Positions 57,687-64,000 of a DNA stretch of 64,000 nucleotides are shown here, one piece after another. Under the pieces are notes generated by a model. The model was not told where the DNA came from. It did not search any database and saw nothing but the letters and a program-made list of their open reading frames with translations. This stretch comes from Fibrobacteria bacterium (GTDB lineage: Bacteria > Fibrobacterota > Fibrobacteria > UBA11236), in NCBI GenBank assembly GCA_043732185.1, contig JAYTHY010000074.1, forward strand, positions 96,001 through 160,000, written 5' to 3'. The position numbers were made by a program, and so were the translations under genes. The first letter of the stretch is position 1; every line of letters starts with the position of its first letter.

Positions 57687-58901
57687 TTAAACTCGCGCTC
57701 TGGCGATTTCCGGGGATCCCCAAGTTGCACGCCAACGAAATTTAACCTTGAACAAAATTCCAAATGCGCATACGCCCAATAATGCGTACATGAGAAATCC
57801 AATGCGGTAATCCCCGCTCCATTGTTTTGAGAGGCCTAAGGAATAGGCCAAGTAAAATCCACCCACACCACCGGCCATGCCGACAAGTCCGGTCAAGGTT
57901 CCCATTTCACGTTGGAAGCGTTGAGGTAACAGCTGAAATACGGCGCCGTTGCCCATTCCCATGGACATCATGGCGACTATAAATAATGCCAGCGTGAGCG
58001 CCAGAGTGGTTGGAAACGCAGCGATCAAAAGCATGGATAAAACAACCATGATGTAAAACCATTGCAGAGCGCGAACACCACCAACTTTATCGGCAATATT
58101 TCCGCCAATGGGCCGGAACATGGAGCCGCAGAATACGCAGGCAGCGGTCAAGTAGCCGGCCGTCGCCGGAGTCAAACCGAATTGGCTGTTAAAGTAAATA
58201 ACCAAGCTGGATGCCATTCCCACAAAGCCGCCGAATGTTACCATGTAAAAAAGCATAAACCACCACGCATCCTTCTCTTTAAGGACTTGGAAATATCTGG
58301 AAAGTTTTTGTGGAGGAGGCAAACCGGGAGCATCCTTAGCCATGATAGTGTAGAGAATCATGGTAAGCGAAAGAGGAATGAGTACTAAACCGAATACATT
58401 GCTCCAGCCAAAATGAGTGGCCAGCAATGGTGCAAATAATGCTGAGAATACCGTTCCGGAATTGCCTGCTCCCGCTATCCCTAAGGCCAAACCCTGAGCT
58501 TCAGGCGGATACCAGCGCGATGCTAAAGGCAAGGCCACTGCAAACGAGGCGCCTGCAACACCCAAACACACGCCCAATAAATAAACTTGGTTCAGACTAT
58601 GCACACCAAACATCCAGGCGCAAAGTAAAGCCGAAAGCACCACTCCCTGGCCTATCAGGCCTGCCTTTTTTGCGCCCAAGGAATCCACCAAAATCCCCAT
58701 AAACACACGCAGGATGGCTCCGGAAAGCACCGGCACCGCCACCATCATTCCTTTTTGCGATGGAGTCAATCCAAGGTCTTTGGCAATGTGGACACCCAAG
58801 GGTCCAAGCAAAACCCAAACCATAAAACTCATATCAAAATACAGAAAGGCGGCAAACAAGGTGGCGGGATTACCGGCTTTGGCAAAGTCTCTGAGTTTCA
58901 T
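57687..58901 (-). CDS. NarK/NasA-family nitrate/nitrite MFS transporter
   Basis: AFLYFDMSFMVW, GASFAVALP, GAGNSG, TFGGFVG, GMGNGAVFQL.PQRF. Confidence 0.93.
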   Translation of the reverse strand: MKLRDFAKAGNPATLFAAFLYFDMSFMVWVLLGPLGVHIAKDLGLTPSQKGMMVAVPVLSGAILRVFMGILVDSLGAKKAGLIGQGVVLSALLCAWMFGVHSLNQVYLLGVCLGVAGASFAVALPLASRWYPPEAQGLALGIAGAGNSGTVFSALFAPLLATHFGWSNVFGLVLIPLSLTMILYTIMAKDAPGLPPPQKLSRYFQVLKEKDAWWFMLFYMVTFGGFVGMASSLVIYFNSQFGLTPATAGYLTAACVFCGSMFRPIGGNIADKVGGVRALQWFYIMVVLSMLLIAAFPTTLALTLALFIVAMMSMGMGNGAVFQLLPQRFQREMGTLTGLVGMAGGVGGFYLAYSLGLSKQWSGDYRIGFLMYALLGVCAFGILFKVKFRWRATWGSPEIARARV

Positions 58902-58929
58902 GGTACGTTCTCCTACTCACCGTTTCTAA

Positions 58930-58944
58930 GCAAACGCAATGCCA
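58930..58944 (-). promoter_or_regulatory. Sigma-54 -24/-12 promoter for the narK-nasS unit
   Basis: TGGCAT-TGCGT-TTGC on the minus strand, 28 nt upstream of the start codon. Confidence 0.75.
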
Positions 58945-59223
58945 TATTTGTTTGCTGCGAATCATGTATCATGCATGTTACTGTTATTTTTGTCCGCTTA
59001 TTTAAAACAAAAGCGTTTGCCAATTTATTTGTACTTGCCAAGCCTAATTCAGTAAATCAATTAAACCTAAAGTCCGCAAAAGATGACCGAAATTGTAAGA
59101 ACGGAATTGACACAACCTGACCATTGGAAACATTGATTTTTATTTAACCGAGCGTTTTGAGGGCCAGCGTCCGCTTTCGCTTTGAATTTTCGGAAATGAA
59201 CCCATTACCTTGATTAAATATTT

Positions 59224-59238
59224 TGGTACGCCCTTTGC
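59224..59238 (+). promoter_or_regulatory. Sigma-54 -24/-12 promoter for the nirA operon
   Basis: TGGTAC-GCCCT-TTGC. Confidence 0.8.
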
Positions 59239-59266
59239 GTTATACAACTGGATTACCGCCAACCGT

Positions 59267-59293
59267 CTCCGGTCCGTCCGAACCTTTGGTCAT
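59267..59293 (+). promoter_or_regulatory. 27-nt leader motif shared with the nrtA leader
   Basis: CTCCGGTCCGTCCGAACCTTTGGTCAT. Confidence 0.65.
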
Positions 59294-59378
59294 CGCAATT
59301 CCTCTTTATCAAAGGAGGATGGGCCATGGCATTGGCTATGGAAATACCCGGCGATGGAGGCATGTCGGGAGATTTTTC

Positions 59379-61163
59379 GTGATACCTAAGGGAACACCTG
59401 GAGGGCCATTCTCCACAGAACAGAAGGAATACCTGGATGGGTTTTTCCGCGCCCAAAACCGGAAGATTGAAGTTGAGCCCTCGACTCCAGCATCCAATCA
59501 GGAAAACGTTCTTCATCTCGCCCTAGGCAAACGCGCCCAACAAGCATGGATAGCCGCAGGCAAGCGACTCTCCAAGGAAGAGAAAATAAAGTTTGATGCC
59601 AACCCTTTAGATGCATGGCCACGCATCGCCGAGCTTTCCGCTCAAAATGCCCTACCCGAGGGCGAAGATCTCTATCGCCTTAAAACCCACGGCCTTTGGA
59701 ATGTGTCTCCGGCGCAAACCGCCATGATGTGTCGATTGAGAATTCCCGGTGGCGTCCTCAACGCTCATCAAGCGCAAGCTATCGCCAAAGCCGCAAGCGC
59801 CTACGGCGGAGGCTATGTGGATATTACCACGCGGGCAAATTTCCAGATTCGTGAGATCCCCGCCAAGCATATGCTCTCACTGCTCACCGACCTCCATGAA
59901 TGCGGGATAACCCCACGCGGATCGGGTGCAGACAATATCCGCAATGTCACCGGTAACGCCACATGCGGCATCGACAAAAATGAATTCTACAATGTCCTGC
60001 CTCTCTGTCGGCAATTGCATCACCTCATCCTCCATGACCGAGATCTTTTCGGGCTGCCACGCAAATTCAACGTCGCCTTTGACGGCGGCAACACCGTCTC
60101 CTCGCTCGAAGACACCAATGACATTGGTTTAAAAGCCGTCAAAATATTGGACAGACCAGGCCTGAAGTCTGGAATTTATTTCAGAGTTGCCCTCGGTGGC
60201 ATCACCGGCCACGGAGATTTGGCCAGAGACACGGGCCTTCTGCTCAAGCCGGAAGAATGCCTGCCCGTCATCACGGCCATGATTAAAGTCTATATAGCCA
60301 GCGGTGACCGAGGCAATCGCAAACGCGCCCGGCTCAAGTACGTGCTTGATTCCTGGGGCTTCGAAAAATTCCTGAGCGAAACACAGAAGCTGCTCACTTT
60401 TGAATTGCGGCGCTTACCCGAATCCGATTGCTTGTCCGCGCCCCCCATAAATAAAGTCGCTCATTTAGGTATTCACCACCAGCGCCAAACTGGACTGAAC
60501 TACATCGGCGTCGATGTGCCGGTCGGGAGGCTCACAGTGCAACAATTGCGCGGATTGGCAAACCTCTCCAAACACTATGGGTCCGGAACGCTACGGCTTA
60601 CCGTATGGCAAAACCTGATCCTATCCGATATTCCCGACGCTGACCTAAGCCATGCCATCCAGGACCTGCATGCCCTAGGACTCAATCACGAGGCCAATCC
60701 CATCAGCGCTGGCATTGTCGCCTGCACGGGCGCCGAAGGATGCAAATTCGGGATGGCGCCCACAAAATCTACGGCGTTAGCCATAACCGATTGGCTTAAG
60801 GACAGAATAACTTTGGAACACCCCGTCAATATTCATTTGACCGGTTGCACCCATTCCTGCGCGCAGCATTTTATCGGTGACATTGGACTATTAGCCACTG
60901 GCGTAGACACGGAAAACTATAAAGGCCCGGGCTTCCATTTCTTTGTGGGAGGTGGCTATGGCCGCACCGGCCGCATGGCAGTAGCCGCAGTGCGTTTTGT
61001 CCCCGTCCCCCAAGTCCCGATGGAAATCGAACGCATTCTGAATATCTACCTCGAACTGCGCATGCCGCAAGAAAGCTTTTCGGATTTCACCGGAAGACAG
61101 GACAGCCAAGCCTTGCAGGCGTTATTCCTGGATGCGGCCTTAACTACCAAGGAACAATTATGA
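59379..61163 (+). CDS. nirA: NirA-family siroheme/4Fe-4S nitrite reductase
   Basis: MCRLRIPGG, TTRANFQIR, GADNIRN, LPRKFN, ACTG..GC, TGC.HSC.QH. GGGAG RBS before GTG 59379; the ORF-track start lies inside the promoter. Confidence 0.88.
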   Translation: MIPKGTPGGPFSTEQKEYLDGFFRAQNRKIEVEPSTPASNQENVLHLALGKRAQQAWIAAGKRLSKEEKIKFDANPLDAWPRIAELSAQNALPEGEDLYRLKTHGLWNVSPAQTAMMCRLRIPGGVLNAHQAQAIAKAASAYGGGYVDITTRANFQIREIPAKHMLSLLTDLHECGITPRGSGADNIRNVTGNATCGIDKNEFYNVLPLCRQLHHLILHDRDLFGLPRKFNVAFDGGNTVSSLEDTNDIGLKAVKILDRPGLKSGIYFRVALGGITGHGDLARDTGLLLKPEECLPVITAMIKVYIASGDRGNRKRARLKYVLDSWGFEKFLSETQKLLTFELRRLPESDCLSAPPINKVAHLGIHHQRQTGLNYIGVDVPVGRLTVQQLRGLANLSKHYGSGTLRLTVWQNLILSDIPDADLSHAIQDLHALGLNHEANPISAGIVACTGAEGCKFGMAPTKSTALAITDWLKDRITLEHPVNIHLTGCTHSCAQHFIGDIGLLATGVDTENYKGPGFHFFVGGGYGRTGRMAVAAVRFVPVPQVPMEIERILNIYLELRMPQESFSDFTGRQDSQALQALFLDAALTTKEQL

Positions 61164-63067
61164 GCCCTCCCGTCCTTCCCGATTCCTCTCCCTTCTCCTC
61201 CGAACAACGGAATTGGCTGAACGGATATTTTGCAGGTTTGAGCAATGCCGACATCAATGGAAATACAATAGCTGCATCCAATGACAACACGACTGTTGCA
61301 TCAAATGGCAGCGCAACTATACAATCGCTTTCCGCAGCTACATTGCCTGTCCTGGTTTTGTTTGGATCGCAGTCGGGAACGACGGAAGGATTGGCGCAAA
61401 CATTAACAGAAAAGTTGGCTGCCACAAAGGCCCCGGACGGCACCGGCCCTCGGTACACTCCACGCCTGATGGGAATGGATCAGTATCGCGATTTCGACTG
61501 GACTCAGGAAACCACCATCCTCCTCTTGACCAGCACATGGGGGGATGGAGACATGCCCGATAATGCGGTAGCCTTTTGGGAATGGCTTAAATCTCCGGAA
61601 GCGCCGACCCTGTCCAAACTCCAATTTTCCGTGCTGGGGTTGGGGGATCGCAACTATTCGCATTTTTGCCAAGCAGGAAAAAACTTGGACGCGCGCCTGT
61701 TCGAGTTGGGAGCGAAAAGAATCATACCGTTGGTTGAATGCGACACGGACTATGAATCCACCTCCGAAAAATGGATGACGGATGTCCTGGAATCATTGGC
61801 CCACTCTCATGACAAAGCTGTTTCTGAGAGTCAACCTGTTTCCGAAAATATTTCGACTCAACCAATCCCATCCCAGCACAATCTGGTCCAAGGTAGCCGG
61901 GACCAACATGAGACAATAGCGCCGACGCCTCCAAAATATTCCCGGAAAAACCCGTTCTTTGCACCTCTGCTAGAAAACCATCCACTCAATGCCAAAGGAT
62001 CCTCCAAGGACACCCGCCACCTGGCCTTCTCCCTACTGGGTAGCAGCCTTGAATACAAAGTAGGCGATGCACTCGGTATCTATCCCCGCAACTGCTATGA
62101 ACTGGTGGATAGAATTATCCTGTCTCTCAACTGTCTCGGTAACGAGAAGGTTACCCTAGATGGCGGAGAAGAAATAACCTTGCGGTCAGGCCTGATCTCC
62201 AGAATTGATCTCCGCCGCGGTACAGAGCGGCTGCTATTCAACCTGCGTCAGGCCTGCTTTAATTTGGGCGAAAAACGTCGACTGGATGAACTCATCGGCG
62301 AGGATGGCGCCAAGGCTCGACCTTATTTAGCAGAACGAGATGTGCTCGACGTTTTGATGGACTTCCCGCATACCCGCCTCGATGCCCAGCATTTGACGGC
62401 GTCTCTGAATAAGATTGCTCCCAGATTGTATTCCATTTCCAGCTCCCCGGATGAAAATCCCGGCGAAGTGCATTTGACGGTGGCGGTGGTTCGTTACGCT
62501 GCCGCCGGCCGTCGACGCCTTGGCGTAGCCTCCTCGTTTCTGGCAGAGAGAATTCCCCTGGGCATGACCGCGCCCGTCTTCATTCAGCCCACGGCGCATT
62601 TCACCTTGCCAGCTAAACCCGGCTGCCCAATCATCATGGTGGGTCCAGGCACCGGAATCGCGCCCTTTCGCGCCTTTTTGCAACAACGCCGTTACCTGGG
62701 TGATACGGGTAAAAATTGGCTTTTCTTCGGAGATCAGCACCGGCAATACGACTTTCTATACAGCGATGAATTTGTAGCCATGGCCGCCTCCGGATTTTTA
62801 ACCAGGATGGACCTGGCTTTCTCAAGGGATCAAGAAGAAAAGGTTTACGTGCAAACGCGCATGCTAGAACAGTCCCGAGAACTATTTGCCTGGCTTGAGG
62901 CGGGTGCGCACTTTTATGTTTGCGGGGATGCCAAGCGTATGGCCAAGGATGTGGAAGAGGCCTTGCTGCAAGTCATAACCAAAGAAAGTGGTCAGAGTCC
63001 GGAATCGGCCCGAGTTTATCTGGACACCATGAAAACCGGGAAGCGGTATCAGCGAGACGTGTACTGA
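61160..63067 (+). CDS. Diflavin reductase (CysJ-like flavoprotein), probable electron donor to NirA
   Basis: FGSQSGT, TSTWGDGD, LGD..Y..FC, RLYSISS, GPGTGIAPFR, YVCGDA, RYQRDVY. Confidence 0.9.
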   Translation: MSPPVLPDSSPFSSEQRNWLNGYFAGLSNADINGNTIAASNDNTTVASNGSATIQSLSAATLPVLVLFGSQSGTTEGLAQTLTEKLAATKAPDGTGPRYTPRLMGMDQYRDFDWTQETTILLLTSTWGDGDMPDNAVAFWEWLKSPEAPTLSKLQFSVLGLGDRNYSHFCQAGKNLDARLFELGAKRIIPLVECDTDYESTSEKWMTDVLESLAHSHDKAVSESQPVSENISTQPIPSQHNLVQGSRDQHETIAPTPPKYSRKNPFFAPLLENHPLNAKGSSKDTRHLAFSLLGSSLEYKVGDALGIYPRNCYELVDRIILSLNCLGNEKVTLDGGEEITLRSGLISRIDLRRGTERLLFNLRQACFNLGEKRRLDELIGEDGAKARPYLAERDVLDVLMDFPHTRLDAQHLTASLNKIAPRLYSISSSPDENPGEVHLTVAVVRYAAAGRRRLGVASSFLAERIPLGMTAPVFIQPTAHFTLPAKPGCPIIMVGPGTGIAPFRAFLQQRRYLGDTGKNWLFFGDQHRQYDFLYSDEFVAMAASGFLTRMDLAFSRDQEEKVYVQTRMLEQSRELFAWLEAGAHFYVCGDAKRMAKDVEEALLQVITKESGQSPESARVYLDTMKTGKRYQRDVY

Positions 63068-63068
63068 A

Positions 63069-64000
63069 ATGACAAAACCCTCCCTGAACAATTTCCTAGG
63101 AGAAGGGCAGGCGCTGATTGGCGCATACCTGGAGGAACAGCAAAACCTGACGGCGGTAGATCGTTTTTCCACCGAGCACGATCGCATAAATGGATTGAAG
63201 GGGAGCCAGCCGCGTTTAGAAAGCCATTACCGTGATTTACTGCCTTTTGAATCGCCCAAACCCGGCCAGCAATACGCTTTTGAAGTGGACCTCGATCGCT
63301 GTACGGGCTGCAAAGCTTGTGTCACCGCCTGCCATAGTTTAAATGGTTTGGACGAGGAGGAGACTTGGCGCTCGGTCGGTCTCATCCACAATGTCATGGG
63401 TAAGCCCCTGCAGCAAACTGTAACCACTGCATGCCAACACTGCCTGGATCCCGCATGTGCAAATGGTTGCCCCGTCAAAGCCTTTGAAAAAGATCCGATT
63501 ACCGGCATCGTAAAACATTTGGATGATCAATGCATTGGATGCGAATACTGCATTTTGAAATGCCCGTACGATGTCCCCCAATACCACCATGGAAAAGGCA
63601 TCGTCCGGAAATGTGATATGTGCACCAGCCGACTCGAAGTGGGTGAAGCGCCCGCCTGTGTGCAGGCCTGCCCTACCAAAGCGATCCGCATCACCGTGGT
63701 CTCCAATGCGGACGTACTAAAAAATCCCACCGATTACACCGCATTACCTGGTGCACCGGACCCAACATACACCTATCCTACGACGCGTTATAAAACCACG
63801 CGCAAATTTCCGGCAGGCATGGAAGCCGCTGACGCATATAAATTTCGCAAGGAAAAAGCACACATACCCCTGGTGCTCATGCTGACACTTTCACAAATGG
63901 CCGCAGGATTCTTTTTCTTCCTGGAGATAGGAACTTGGACCGGATGGGTGCCGAGCCATACCGATTTTCAAGCATGGACCCATAGCATCGGTGCTGGCCT
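63069..64000 (+). CDS. 3'-truncated DmsB-like 4x[4Fe-4S] domain fused to a DmsC/YnfH-like membrane anchor
   Basis: Translated by hand from ATG 63069: CTGCKACVTAC, CQHCLDPAC..GCP, CIGCEYC..KCPY, KCDMC...PACVQACP, then HIPLVLMLTLSQ. No stop before the window end, so absent from the ORF track. Confidence 0.88.
   Translation, partial: MTKPSLNNFLGEGQALIGAYLEEQQNLTAVDRFSTEHDRINGLKGSQPRLESHYRDLLPFESPKPGQQYAFEVDLDRCTGCKACVTACHSLNGLDEEETWRSVGLIHNVMGKPLQQTVTTACQHCLDPACANGCPVKAFEKDPITGIVKHLDDQCIGCEYCILKCPYDVPQYHHGKGIVRKCDMCTSRLEVGEAPACVQACPTKAIRITVVSNADVLKNPTDYTALPGAPDPTYTYPTTRYKTTRKFPAGMEAADAYKFRKEKAHIPLVLMLTLSQMAAGFFFFLEIGTWTGWVPSHTDFQAWTHSIGAG

Noticed and set aside
59223..59378. N-terminal extension of NirA in the ORF track
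   Set aside because: The TTG start falls inside the sigma-54 promoter, and family similarity begins only after about 59379.
61160..63067. cysJI sulfur-assimilation operon
   Set aside because: There are no cysH/D/N genes, and the context is entirely nitrate assimilation.

Overview
Gene-dense 64 kb bacterial chromosomal window with about 62 CDS. I saw no rRNA, tRNA, CRISPR array or transposase. Several signal-peptide proteins end in a T9SS-like C-terminal tail, which suggests an FCB-group host, possibly Fibrobacterota (inference). In order, the window holds: secreted hydrolases (beta-helix protein, GH10, S10 peptidase, SGNH); cfa-like methyltransferase; orphan GH108; slyD; HD and degenerate HD-GYP proteins; a Spy/CpxP-OmpR-histidine kinase module with a CpxR-like box; a 7-heme cytochrome c flanked by two HAMP-like membrane proteins; DUF1338; a variant arginine succinyltransferase operon (M20 hydrolase, aminotransferase, astA, astD, astB); moaC and mobA; a 220-bp nested inverted-repeat element; a membrane pyrophosphatase; a six-gene envelope redox operon (two beta-barrels, hydrazine-synthase-alpha-like c-heme lipoprotein, TlpA, DUF4266, DUF3570); housekeeping and transport genes; and a nitrate-assimilation cluster running off the right edge. 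That cluster has three sigma-54 promoters and a shared 27-nt leader motif. The best candidates for undescribed biology are the HzsA-like/DUF3570 operon, the nitrate-leader RNA motif and the HAMP-multiheme module. All family assignments come from motifs read by eye, and no database searches were run.
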